A stretch of DNA of 64,000 nt from assembly GCF_023055435.1 (NCBI RefSeq), contig NW_025964372.1, positions 38,564,001 to 38,628,000 of the forward strand. The letters are read 5' to 3'. Below, one piece after another: positions 1 to 11,395 of this stretch. The notes under the pieces are model-generated. The model was not told the DNA's origin and made no database searches. It saw only the letters and a list, made by a program, of their open reading frames with translations. The stretch is from Haliotis rufescens (taxonomy: Eukaryota). How positions within the stretch are numbered: the stretch's first letter is position 1; the number at the start of each line of letters is the position of its first letter. The position numbers and the translations under genes were made by a program.

Positions 1-85
1 TGATGGAAAAACTGCCAGTATTCGAAACAGCTCTTCTTAATATTTGAGAGTAGATAGGCCCTAAGTTTATGCTTGTATGGTAACC

Positions 86-313
86 ATGAACACACAATGC
101 CATTTAGAAAGTGGTCAAATGTAACAAATGTTACATTTGGGATAACTATTTCTGAGTAAAGTACAGATTCTCGTACATTTTCTGAGCGCCGTCCTGGATT
201 CGAACCCATACTTACAGAGTGAGTACGAGATTCTGTACTTTACTCAGAAAGTGTGATCCCAAATATAACACTTGTTACTTTTAACCACTTTCTAAATTGC
301 ATTGTGCGTTCAT
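86..313. repeat. Imperfect inverted repeat, ~90-bp arms (copies ~13100-13327, ~25893-26120, ~45293-45520)
   Basis: CTGAGTAAAGTACAGATTCTCGTAC pairs with GTACGAGATTCTGTACTTTACTCAG, and pairing extends out to ATGAAC...GTTCAT. Confidence 0.8.
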
Positions 314-412
314 AGCTTTCGGCCATGGGAGCTGTGCCAATTTACACACGTCAGAGGGGTAGAAAAAGTACGTGATCTGGACTACCAGTTATTGGATTTT
401 CATTTTGTGGAA

Positions 413-750
413 GCCTCTGTGGCTGAGTGGGTTAGATCGCTGACTATGTGTGCTGGCGATTAGGTGCCTCACTCTTGCAGTGTGGGTTCGAATCCCGGAG
501 TATTGTCGAATTATAGATTATTATTTTAATTGTTCGCAACTAGTTTTACTTCTTAACTGTGATAGTCTAGTTATTATACTGTCCGTCGTTAACAGATTTT
601 ATTCATCTAAGTTTAAATTGCATTAATGTTCTCGTCACTATATGGCTGAAATAAAAATGACGTAAAATTTTAACTCACTCACTCGAATTTCGGACGGGAC
701 TCAACCCCCAAACGTACAGGAATCTGTACTTAACTCAGAAAGTGTTACAT
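413..750 (+). mobile_element. tRNA-head SINE (family 4) interrupted by a nested ~190-bp insertion (copies ~13427, ~26220 uninterrupted, ~45620)
   Basis: Head GTGGCTGAGTGGGTTAGATCGCTGAC...GGTTCGAATCCCGGA. The nested piece ends in (ACTC)n and is flanked by TCGAAT...CGGA near-duplicates. The insert is absent at 26220-26345. Confidence 0.55.
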
Positions 751-1055
751 GGTAACCACGGCCTGTAGAAAATATAGTAAAGCGTCCATGGTTGACTTGG
801 GGTAAAGGCAAGTGGTGGTGTAGCGACTTGAATTAAATGTGTTTGATGCCAATTTGTGTGAGCATAATCCCCTAAATGTATTCTCGTACTAATCGAAAAC
901 AAAAATATACAGAAGGTCCTGTTTTGCAAAGAATGGGTTGCCTAAAATGTAGCAGCTTTGGTTGGCTCTACATATGAGGATCTGGAACCGAATTGAGCAT
1001 GATTCATTTCTTGATAAATAATCATATTATAGTGTGATCTTATCTCGATTCCATC

Positions 1056-1593
1056 CAGTGTTCATGTAGACTTTACATTTAGTGTTCATGTAGTCTTTTC
1101 ATTAAGTGTTCATGTAGTCTTTACATTTAGTGTTCATGTAGTCTTTTCATTTAGTTTTCATGTAGTCTTTACATTTAGTGTTCATGTAGTCTTTTCATTA
1201 AGTGTTCATGTAGTCTTTACATTTAGTGTTCATGTAGTCTTTTCATTTAGTGTTCATGTAGTCTTTTCATTTAGTGTTCATGTAGTCTTTTCATTTAGTG
1301 TTCACGTAGTCTTTTCATTTAGTGTTTACGTAGTCTTTTCATTTAGTGTTCATGTAGTCTTTTCATTTAGTGTTCGTGTAGTCTTTTCATTTAGTGTTCA
1401 TGCAGTCTTTACATTTAGTGTTTTTGTAGTCTTTTCATTTAGTGTTCATGTAGTCTTTTCATTTAGTGTTCGTGTAGTCTTTTCATTTCGTGTTCATGCA
1501 GTCTTTACATTTAGTGTTTTTGTAGTCTTTTCATTTAGTGTTCATGTTGTCTTTTCATTTAGTGGTCACGTAGTTTTTTCAATTGGAGTTCAT
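1056..1593. repeat. 24-bp minisatellite (GTAGTCTTTTCATTTAGTGTTCAT)n, ~22 units
   Basis: Direct tandem repeats. Confidence 0.95.
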
Positions 1594-2242
1594 ATCACCA
1601 CAAGTTGACATTTATATAGTTCGTGTCGTATCGGGGTATTGAGTGAATGCGTCACATGGTTGCTATGAGACAGGAGTGTGGACGTGAGACGCAGCAAAAC
1701 AAGAAGTGGAGAAGTATCGTCGGCTGTTACAAATGCACACGGCGCCCACAGCTTCACTTGTTGTTTTGCTGTGTGTAAATAGATGTCACGTTATTGGTCA
1801 GCTAGGGTGTTTTAGTTGAAACATTATTTATATTTCTCAATAAACCGGAGTGATAGTTTTATATCAGTCATGTAGTATACAACCCAAATGACGTGAGCAA
1901 AAACATTCTATCTTTGTAGAGAGGAAAGAGACACATCTTTCAGTGTCCCCTGCTATTTCTTGAATGACTATCTGTGGCGACTAATGGGATCGGGTATTCA
2001 GACTCGCTGACGTGGTTGTTTCATGTCTTCGTATCCCAATGCATCACTGCAGAAAATGATTGCGGGAGCGGATGTATGTTGTTTGACCAGCCGACACTAT
2101 TCCAGTTTTATCACTGCCTGTAAATAATTGAATCTTAGAAAGGCATACAAGAGGTTTAAAACAACGATCCACCCGTTAGGAGTAGGATCCCAATCAATCA
2201 GCCAGGAAACTACCCGACCCCTGTCGATCAGATCTTTCCATT

Positions 2243-2389
2243 GAGTGAGTGAGTGAGTGAGTGAGTGAGTATGGTTTGACGCCGCTTTAAGCAATTTTGC
2301 AGCCATATAAAGGCACCCATGTTGGGCATCGAACCCGGGTTTAAGGCGTGGCGAGCGAACTCCTTAACCACTAGGCTATCCCATCGCTA
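2243..2389 (-). mobile_element. Internally deleted SINE family 1 (copies ~15257-15403, ~28789-28920, ~47569-47750)
   Basis: (GAGT)n tail, ATCGAACCCGGG B-box complement and ACCACTAGGCTA A-box complement. Confidence 0.7.
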
Positions 2390-3015
2390 CTAGATCCGAC
2401 ATTTGTGGAGAACTCGTTGAGTTTGGTTGGTGGCTTTTTATGGTTCATTATTTACATAGCTGGCAACAAACAACGTTTGTTTTTTAAGAATATAAGGGGT
2501 CACAACATGCCGTGTCGTCGGTGCAGTGTCCTGTGCAGAGTTGCGTCCCTTAGGCTAACCGGAAACCTATGATTGTAAGTTCGAATCTCATATTCAACCT
2601 GATTGGGCGTTTTAGCACCATATTCGTTCTCATTGGTTTCACCAACCTCGCGGACATGTGCTATGTGGATTTAAATCTCGTTTTTGTTGTTTCTGTCAGG
2701 TACAATTGATAATTTCATCAAAATCTAAAAGGTGAAAGGCAGAGGACAATTCACCCATGTCCCAATAAAAACTGTTAGGCGTGTAACATATGGACTGTGT
2801 AACAATAGGATGGATACAAAACGAGAAGCGCTGGAAAAAATAGAGGTTGAAATGTTTAATGAAGCGTCACATGATATATGATTTACATCACACTTTTGGA
2901 ATAAAACATCTGTAGTAGTAGACATCAGCTCGACTGCTCAGTCATGGTAGTCGTAGTAGTGAGTGAGTATGGTTTTACGCCGCTTTAAGCAATAGTTCAG
3001 CAATATCACGGCGGA

Positions 3016-3230
3016 GTAGCAGTAGTTGTAGCAGTAGCAGTATTGGTATTGACAGTAGCAGTAGAAGCAGGCAGTACAATAAGTAGCAGTAGGTGTAGTA
3101 GTAGCAGTATTTGGTATTGATAGTAGTAGCAGCAGAGAGCACTAGTAGTAGCAGTAGCAGTAGTAGTGAACAGAACAGTAGCAGTAGCTGTAGTAGTAGC
3201 AGAAGCTGTAGCAGTGACGGCGATAGTGAT
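3016..3230. repeat. (AGT/AGC)n low-complexity tract downstream of FABP exon 4 (copies ~16030, ~29562, ~48373)
   Basis: Degenerate trinucleotide repeat. Confidence 0.8.
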
Positions 3231-3874
3231 AGGATTCGTATGAAGGGAAGTTGCCTGAAGGAGTACTATATGACTGGGTCTGACTATAACACATCTATAA
3301 CGTACTTTCACATTTAGTCTGTACACATGAAACAGAGCGAACATGACTATAAGTATAACAACATTGACTTGAAAAGTGGCAGGCAGGTGAAGAGGTAGTT
3401 CATCAGGTATGAAGCTGGCACGTGACTGAAGAGGAAGTCAGCGTTTTCTCAGTCTCTGTGTCTCCGTCGCGCCATCCTTGGTCTGAGCCTGGGAACAAAA
3501 ACAAGCACAGAGTAAGGCCAAGTCGTCTGAGTCACCGCAATTCGCTGTGCAGGGTTGTGTCCCTTGACGTGCCGAACTTATGATCGTGGGTTCGAATCCC
3601 AGACTCGCCTTCATAATGACGCTTGGTTTGCCGCTTAGAAGTCTTTCACAAGTAATCTCGAAGTCTGGGGCTCCCATGGACCATATAAGGCATCATTTTG
3701 CAACACTGCTGAACCGGATATACAAATACCTTGTTTAAATATTTAGTTGAGTAAAAACAATTCTTGAGCTAGCTAAGTTCTCAAAATAGTGGCTTTATTA
3801 AATAGTGTTGCGAACATTAGGCAATAAGTTCTTTACAAGTTGGCATTACATTGATGCGTGGAGCTCAATAGAAG

Positions 3875-4141
3875 TTGTGATTGACACTGCTTTTAACAGT
3901 ATTACAGTTATATCACGGCGTGTCAGCTCAATGTTGGAGGAAAGTCCGAAGTGATGCAGGTCTGTGACGTTTACCACTTCGGTGACATCCACGAGAACGG
4001 GTATGATGCTGACAAACCTAGATACATAATCGGGGCGAACCGAGATTCGAACCCACAATCATAGGTTTCTGGAGTGCCCAAGGAACGCAACTCTGCACTG
4101 CGAATCGCGGCGCCTTAGACGACTGGGCCACCCATGCCCCC
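3875..4141 (-). mobile_element. SINE family 2 in the orphan FABP intron 3 (copies ~16889-17155, ~30428-30702, ~49234-49505)
   Basis: Reverse-complement similarity to 56785-57057. Confidence 0.7.
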
Positions 4142-4437
4142 TCAATAGACGTAATCCTGATTGGGAACAACATCTGTATATTATCAGATTGCTTTAGAGC
4201 TTTGACAACGCTATCTATTTTATGACAAATCATCTCAAACGATAAGGAAAGATATATCGAATTAATGGAGCGTTACTGTATAAGAAATGAGTGTAATTAG
4301 TGAAATTATGAAGAATACTGAATAGTATTTATGAAACAGAAAGGTCATCTTACGAACGCGATATCCAACATACACAAGAGCGGATTTAAGGAATCGGATC
4401 CCACTCTAACCCTGAAGTTAAACATGTTTGTTTGTTT

Positions 4438-4557
4438 GAGTCTGGACCAGACAATCTCGTGATTGACACCATGAGCATCGATCCACGTAAATGGGATACA
4501 ATTCCAAGTCACCGAGCGTGACCACGCAATCCATTTATTCGCCTCGGACGACAAGCT
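4438..4557 (-). mobile_element. Fragment of another interspersed SINE-like repeat (copies ~17452, ~31000, ~49803; + strand relics ~1975, ~38125)
   Basis: GAGTCTGGACCAGACAATC...GAGCATCGATC...GACAAGC recurs in the units; the head of the same family is at 54310-54350. Confidence 0.5.
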
Positions 4558-5251
4558 TATGTTGCTGGGGACGTATATTCTTTACCGGAATCCCCAGGGG
4601 TAGTTAAACATGGGAACCACCCACCGTATTAATACCTCTCCCTGGGGACAAAAGATTCAGAAAAGTCTGAGAATTTCAATTTCACATGTATGTAGGTACG
4701 TTCAAAAGATTTCATTATGATATTAGATCTAGACCAAGGTAAGTATTCATTTCACTCAATACTTCACGGGCTTGTGGAGGAACTTTGGGGACGGAGCAAT
4801 GGAGTAAAATGTGCCCTACTGAAGCAATGTGTGGAGTACATGGCCATAAGTACTTTACATGCTGCACGGAAAATATTGTTCTGTCATCTCTGAGCGGTCA
4901 TTGGTTATGCTTTCCCTCTTGCTGGAAGGAGGTCGTGTCTTTATTGGTCGGTTTGTAATAACAACTACATCCCTAAAAGCGGTCGTATGTATTCACGGTA
5001 AAGGGAGGAGCGCAGTGTATACAAACAAGTGATGTTTTGACGAAGGATGAAATGACTTATTGTAATGACGAAGTCTCCATCTCTGTCCAAGTGCATGATG
5101 ACACCGTTCTTGTCTTGAGTCATCTTCTCGATGAAGAGTTCGTTTCGTAGAGGCTCTGAAACAAGTAGGAAAGTAGGAAAGATGTTTATAAACATAATGC
5201 AGATACACAGATGAATTGTTCTTGACCATAAGCGCGAGATGCCCAACTCTC

Positions 5252-7437
5252 GGTTATGGGCCGGAAGAGCGGAACCTAGCCATAATCAACTCTAAAATCT
5301 CTTCGCTTTCGTGAAGCTACAGTAAGACTGGTCACGCTACAGTAAACACGGGATATTGCTGTACCGGGACTCTCAAATTACAAGAAAAACACAGAAATGC
5401 GTATACCGTATTTACAGTAGTAATTTATTAGATGCTGAAGTATAGTATAGTTGCACAAAAGTACTTTACATTTAACAAATTTAATAACTCTAATACTTTA
5501 ATATTTCATAGATGTACATTATAATTTCTACAAAAACAACAATTACTTATATCTTAAAATATGGTTAATACATAAATACATTCTATAATAAATTTGTCAT
5601 TCACTCCAAGTGGATCAGGTCACCAACGTGATCTGTGTACTCAACGAATTGGCATCCTGCCACCCACGTTGTCGTGACGTAGTCCATGAAGGCTGCGACC
5701 CTGCGACCCGCGGGACTGTCAGCGATGGCTTGGAGCCAGATGTCGTCGACTTGTCCAAGGGAAGCAGAGGCAAGGCTGCAGCTCTTCTCACCAGTCGTCG
5801 CACTTCATCATTGTTCTTGTAGTCCGTAGCCAGACCTTCCTTCTGTACTCGACGCCAAATGCACTGGGTGAAGTGAAAATAACAGCCCCTGATCAAAGTG
5901 TTTGGAAAGGCACTCCGTACGGCATTGTGGGCCTCGATTTCAAAGTCTAACTGGAAAGTTCTTGGATTGAAGTAACAATTCTGCTGTTGAGCCATTAGAC
6001 GTAAATGTTCAAATGTCCTGGTGTACGTATTTTCGGACTTGTTCCGGAGCAGACAGTACACAAGCGGGAACATGTGGCCTTAGAATTCAGCATGCAATGT
6101 GTAGATCTGCTCAAACAGTCGTGGAGCCGAGGAGAAGGTGCCGTCACCAAACACTTCATCTGCTGCACACAGGTGCTCAATATTTGTTGTTGTGCTTGCT
6201 TGTGGGAGTGATGTTGCCATATGGGCTGTAGGGTGCTTGGATGAGGGTCGTGTTGTGGTGGTCATTTTGAGGTTTGTTTTGCATGCGGGGGTTGATGTTT
6301 TGGCTATGTGAGATGTGGGAGGGTTCGTGGTTGGTTGAGTGGCTGCTTGTGTGTGTGAGGTGGGTGCGGTTTCTCGGTAGGGGCCCCAGACAGAGCTGTC
6401 GGTTATTGGTGTGGTGTTTGTTTGTGGGATGGTGTTTGGGTGTGGTGTAGGGAGGAGTGGTTTAGATGCAGGTGTAGCAAATTTTCGTGTTTGGATTTAA
6501 GCCGTGTCTATGTTTATGTGTTTGTTGGCCTGCTGGGTGAGTGTGTTTCTGTATGGGCATTGGTTTGAAAGTGAAGTGTGGTGGGTGGATTTGCAGTGGA
6601 TGCACCAGGGTGTGCATGTGCCTGGGCAGTCTGTTTGTGCGCATTTTTTACATTTAGTTTTACGGTATGTGCATTGGGAGGCAGTGTGGTTGTATTTGAG
6701 GCACTTTGAACATTGCTTAACCTGCTTTATATAGGGTTTGACTTCTAAGTTGGTGTGGGCTCCGAAGGATATGTGTTTGGGGGCTTCAGGGAATTTAGCT
6801 GTCTTTTTGAAGTTGATTATGACAATGGAGGTTGGGACCGTTTTTCCGTTTCTAGTTGAGGTTATTCTACGCGTGCTAGTGATTAGGGGTTGAGGGTTTT
6901 GGTCTTGGTTTATGTTAGCTTCTAGAGAGTATAATTGTAAGTCCTCAGTTGTTTCCCTTGGGTTAACCCTAATTACGCCTCGTGTATATTGTTGCCAATT
7001 AGGTGTTTGTTTGATTACCGTGACGTGGAATATTTGAGTTATTTTATTTGCTGCGTTCTAAGATTCTCGGTTAGGGAAGATTATCTGGTATCCTTTGTTG
7101 GCTTTTTTAATATTGTTGTAATTTATTTTTTCTCTTTTAAACCAAAGTCCTAAACATAGATAAATAAGTTGCAATCTTTATATATACCATCAAATACATA
7201 CTGTATGTATTCTTAAGAAACGACTCTCCTCTCCTCTCCTCTCCTCTCCTGTCCTCTCCTCTCCTCTCCTCTCCTCTCCTCTGTTTGAACAGCACGGGCG
7301 CTAATCTAAACTATGGTTATCCGGTGTTTTTATAGCCATTACTGTTTTCTCGCTTTCGTGGGACAAATACCCCAACTTGGGTTTTCGCTTTACTGATACT
7401 AGGGAAAATTGGATTTTCGCTAACCCGGCACGACACC
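5252..7437 (-). mobile_element. Defective Mutator-like (MULE) DNA transposon containing a LINE ORF1 fragment
   Basis: Transposase remnants at ~5615-6200 (FGDGTF, FPLVYCLL, DFE, GCYFHFTQ, FMDYVTTTW) carry an in-frame TAA at 6080-6082 and a frameshift near 5750. The element is flanked by the direct repeat CAACTCTC (extends to CCCAACTCTC) and has weak terminal inverted similarity GGT..G.GCCGG...AGCG.AA. The empty site is visible at ~31945. Confidence 0.85.
6200..7150 (-). mobile_element. Degenerate non-LTR retrotransposon ORF1 (gag-like, I/Jockey-group type) fragment; second copy ~19215-20150
   Basis: Minus-strand translation gives TRGVIRV...RRITSTRNGKTVPTSIVIINF...VKPYIKQVKQCSKCLKYNHTASQC...CKKC...CIHCKSTHH, i.e. 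CCHC zinc knuckles, with stops and frameshifts. Confidence 0.7.
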
Positions 7438-7913
7438 CAACTCTCTTCCGTTAGCGAAGTGGGAAGCGGGACAATCTCATTAACCTTGGATCTTTGGTCT
7501 CACTACCGCTAAACGAAATACGTGATGTCAGCCCACTTTTTGGTTATGTCAGAATGACCTTTCACGCGACCAATCAGAAAGTCGCTTACCAAATCGGCCA
7601 AGTGATTNNNNNNNNNNNNNNNNNNNNNNNNNNNNNNNNNNNNNNNNNNNNNNNNNNNNNNNNNNNNNNNNNNNNNNNNNNNNNNNNNNNNNNNNNNNNN
7701 NNNNNNNNNNNNNNNNNNNNNNNNNNNNNNNNNNNNNNNNNNNNNNNNNNNNNNNNNNNNNNNNNNNNNNNNNNNNNNNNNNNNGTACAAAAATCTTGAA
7801 CGCAACGTTGAACCCCATTTTACCTCGTCTAGAACTGTTAAAAATTGACCCAGTGATTGACGGAGTTCCGTTTAATATGAACCGAAGCGCACATAAAATA
7901 TACACCTGGATAG

Positions 7914-8009
7914 CGGAAGTCTTGTCAAAACGAAACAAGGATTACAGTTGTCTGACAGGCGAAGGACGCTCTCTCGCGTCCTGTGTTCAAACCATCGGCA
8001 CCAACTCAG
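7914..8009 (+). other. Putative non-coding first exon/TSS region of G1 (equivalents end at 20999, 33003, 40098)
   Basis: A strong CAG|GTAAGG donor is conserved in all four units, preceded by a CGGAAGT (ETS-like) motif. The first coding exon starts after a TGTCAG acceptor (9530), so an upstream exon is expected. The start coordinate is a guess. Confidence 0.45.
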
Positions 8010-9214
8010 GTAAGGGGTAAACTGTTCACACAACTGTACTGAACAATGGTTTGTCTGGTGTAGAATGTGTAGCAGTATTTACCAGATTTAGTAGTTTACA
8101 CTCAGTTGTTGACAACACAGCCACGTGCACACCCTGTTTGATATACAACTGCAGATATTGTAACAGTCATTTGTCAGTCAGTCAGTATCACATAGATCAG
8201 GTGATACTTAACACAGCTGCCGACTGTCCTGTCATTACGCGTGTGACTGTTTGTGACTGAAGCCATATTGAAGTGGAAGCAAACCATGTGTGGAATCCAC
8301 AGAGTAAATCGTTACAAGGGTTTTGTGTTAGACTCTAGAGTTGTGTCCCTTTGATCATCTTGTGCAAGTCAAAACATGCACCTGTCTTCATACGTTCATT
8401 GTGACTTGAGTTGTAAACATTTATTGTTAGTGGCTTGGTCGTTGTCTCGCATATTTGTGCTTTAAACACTGAATAAGGTTGACTGTTAAAGGGCGGAAAT
8501 GTGATTTTGTTCGATTGAAATAGTGAAGTATGACACTTGAGTATGGGTAACTGGACAGTTGTTGGTGTCATCTGAACATATCCAGATGTCGACCCTCACG
8601 CTTGCAAGGGCATCTTCATCGAGGGTAAGGAAAACAATTATAGGTGACCTGCACTGTGAACACCTTAACTTGCCAATTTGACGGTTGTGGTTCTAGTTGT
8701 GTACATCTAGGCGACTATNNNNNNNNNNNNNNNNNNNNNNNNNNNNNNNNNNNNNNNNNNNNNNNNNNNNNNNNNNNNNNNNNNNNNNNNNNNNNNNNNN
8801 NNNNNNNNNNNNNNNNNNNNNNNNNNNNNNNNNNNNNNNNNNNNNNNNNTTGTGTGACTGGCTGAACAAAACGATACTCGAAGTTAACGATGTGCATTAT
8901 CTTTACAGAGTTGTGTCCCTTTGATATTCATGCTCACCATCTGCACTACAGGCATCTGATTCACTTTATATGTAAGACACTTGAGCTTTGTACCTGTGTT
9001 AAATGTGTGTCAAAAGTCGTCTTTGGGTATGCATTTTGAATAGGGTTGACTGCAAAGTTGCGTGAAATATAATTGTATAGACTAAGATAGTGATGTTTGA
9101 CACTTTACTGGATAGTTGTAGATTTCATCCAACATAAGGTATCAGAAAGTGATATCTGACCTACGAAGAAACTACCTCAATTTGCATTTATTGCTCATTT
9201 TCAGATAGGCGTGT

Positions 9215-9283
<69 letters not shown>

Positions 9284-9544
9284 AATTGTTGTCTGGCAAT
9301 GCTCAAAAGTGATTTATAAGTGCATTTGCAAAGGGCAAATCAGTGATGAACATTATGTGAATAGACTTCTGAAAGCACCATGCAAAGTGTAGCTGATTCT
9401 GTAGGTTTTGATTTAAAAGAAGTGAATTTTAATACTCATGCAGTTATTATCGAATAATGGAATGGTTATGTATATTTAAGGTTTAAATCATCTACTCACG
9501 GCTTTTGTCTGTATATTCCTGTATTGTCAGTTCCAAGCTTCGCA

Positions 9545-11395
9545 ATGTCCGGTGAGAGCCGAAAATCTGGATATGTGGACAACTGGCAGTCAGGGAAGAC
9601 TGTCACAGAGTGTAATCTGCGCATGCTCGACACGGAAGACTTCTGTGACGTCACTTTCCTGTTGGGGTCAGAGAAACAGGTGGTCCGAGCTCACCGCTAC
9701 GTTCTTGTCAGTCGCAGCTGTGTCTTCCATGCCATGCTCTGTGGCCCCCTGGCGGAGAAAGGGGAGGTAACCATTCCTGACATTGCGGCAGACATCTTCA
9801 AAGAGTTCCTGAGGTTCGATTAATCTTTTAATTTTACAAAACAATCAAATACCCAATGACAAAACACCTTCCATTTGTCTTTGCGTGATATATACCAATG
9901 TCTCAAAGTCACTTGGCAGACAGAAATGTATTCCTCCACAATGAGGGTCCATTTAATATTTCCTTGAAGTGTTCAGTCATCCTGCGTCATCAAGGTAGCC
10001 TAGTTGTATCTGTGATACATGACTACCCGACCAAGCACGTCTGAAGTAAGAATATCATGTAGGTTAACATATAAAGGTTACTATAAACGTCCTCACTACA
10101 GAATAACCAGTATGAATTATCCCACGAAACAGATTCCATTGGGTGTAAAAGGCAAAGTGGCGATGAACATGTTGTAAATGGATCACTGAAATGTCTGAAC
10201 AAGTGACATATATAAAAGACAACCTAACCTGATTGTGCTATTTGGATTTGAATTAAGTTGAAAAATATCATGAAACCTTGGTTGTAATTAATCGTAACAT
10301 GGTAATCTTACACACTGTTGTAGGTATGTGTACACAGAAAAGACTACTATCAACACTGAAACAGTCACAGGACTGATGTACACCTCCAGGAAGTATTCTC
10401 TAGATGCATTGTACGATCTGTGTGTAACGTTCCTGGAGACGTCCCTGTCAGAAGACAATGTCTGCCAGATCCTGGAGGAGTGTCATGGTTACGAGGAGCT
10501 AGACCTGGAACAGAAGGCCCTGAAGATCCTGACTGAAGGAGGGGAGAGTGTCATCAAATCTCCAGGATTTGTTAGTCTTTGTCCTGACTGTCTGGAAAAG
10601 TTCCTTAAATCAAACACTCTGAACCTGAAAGAGTCAGACATATTTGAAGCAGTCGTATCGTGGACAAAGGAGCGGTGCAGGAAGGAAGGTGTGAGTGACG
10701 CGCCTGAGAACAGACGGAGACTCCTAGGAGATATGAGGTATCAGATCCGGTTTACCAGCATCCCCCTGGAGATCCTGGTGAAAGTTGTTGGCCGATCTGG
10801 TGTGCTGACAAACAGTGAGAGAGTTCAGATAATTGACAGATCTGTTGACTCGACTGTTGATATTTCTCCATTTACAACTGTACAGAGAATGAAATCAGGC
10901 GTTGCTCAGATACAAGAGTCCTATATTTGTAAACATGTAAGCAGATTTCCATATATGTCAGAATGTTGGTATTCTGCTAATACACGCTTCAGGCATGCTA
11001 TCTCGTTTTCTGTCACTCACAGCATTCACCTGAAAGGATGTCAGCTCTTCCGTGAACAGAGTAATGAAGATATCCTACTGATTATATGGGTGTATGACCA
11101 AAATAACACAGTGGTTGCTGCACCCTTACGGAACACTTGGCTGACTCTTCACAGGAACCAAAAGATGACTGATGTCCTATTTCCCGAGTCTGTACTACTG
11201 CAGCCAAGCAAAACCTACACTCTGTGTGTGGACCTAGCTCCCGGTAAGTATTACAGCGGTGTTCATGGAAAGAAGACTGTAACCAGTGATGGAGTACAGT
11301 TCACTTTCTCACACTCCCCACTTGACACTGCAGGAACATCACCACAGTGTGGAAACATACCTGGCTTGATATTCAGCATCCCAACAGAGATGTAG
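9545..11395 (+). CDS. BTB-BACK-PHR protein, BTBD1/2/3/6-like, copy G1; join(9545..9813,10324..11395), 446 aa
   Basis: BTB motifs NWQ..., DVTFLLG, AHRYVLVSRSCVFHAM. AG|GT donor after 9813 and TAG| acceptor before 10324 rebuild FLRYVYT. BACK region (ESDIFEAVVSW, IRF) and PHR motifs (SRF..W, AISF, TYT..V, GTS...GNIPGLIF). The reading frame is open. Confidence 0.92.

Larger units (their letters stand above)
3438..5155 (-). pseudogene. Orphan FABP-A exons 3 (5061..5155, disabled) and 4 (3438..3488, intact)
   Basis: Exon 3 has a 7-nt frameshifting deletion, a 12-nt deletion (VDTY lost) and a GT>AT donor change. Exon 4 encodes AQTKDGATETQRLRKR*. No exons 1-2 are present in this unit. Confidence 0.85.

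Noticed and set aside
413-498. tRNA genes here and at 24728, 53214, 54372 and 56785
   Set aside because: A and B boxes are present, but no convincing cloverleaf or acceptor stem is seen, and each continues into a SINE body, tail and often a TSD.
3006-3344. Thr/Ala- or Ser-rich ORFs (also at 16020, 29553, 48365)
   Set aside because: Products of the (AGT/AGC)n tract downstream of the FABP stop codon.
5615-6265. Functional or domesticated MULE transposase, or a gag-transposase fusion gene
   Set aside because: It has an in-frame stop at 6080-6082, a frameshift near 5750 and a missing N-terminus, and the fusion frame is broken in the second copy.
7608-7784. ORFs spanning N-runs (also 8719-8849, 20601-20779, 40864-41008, 61758-61924, 62210-62348, 62646-62926, 63184-63352)
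   Set aside because: The bases are unknown. The runs sit at low-complexity sites and are probably masked or unresolved repeats, so nothing can be claimed about them.
9524-9544. N-terminal MSVPSFA extension and ...LRFD* end of the 99-aa ORFs; GTG start of the 355-361-aa ORFs
   Set aside because: Artefacts of unspliced ORF calling: the TTG lies in the acceptor region, FD* is intronic, and the GTG is an internal Val codon of the spliced CDS.
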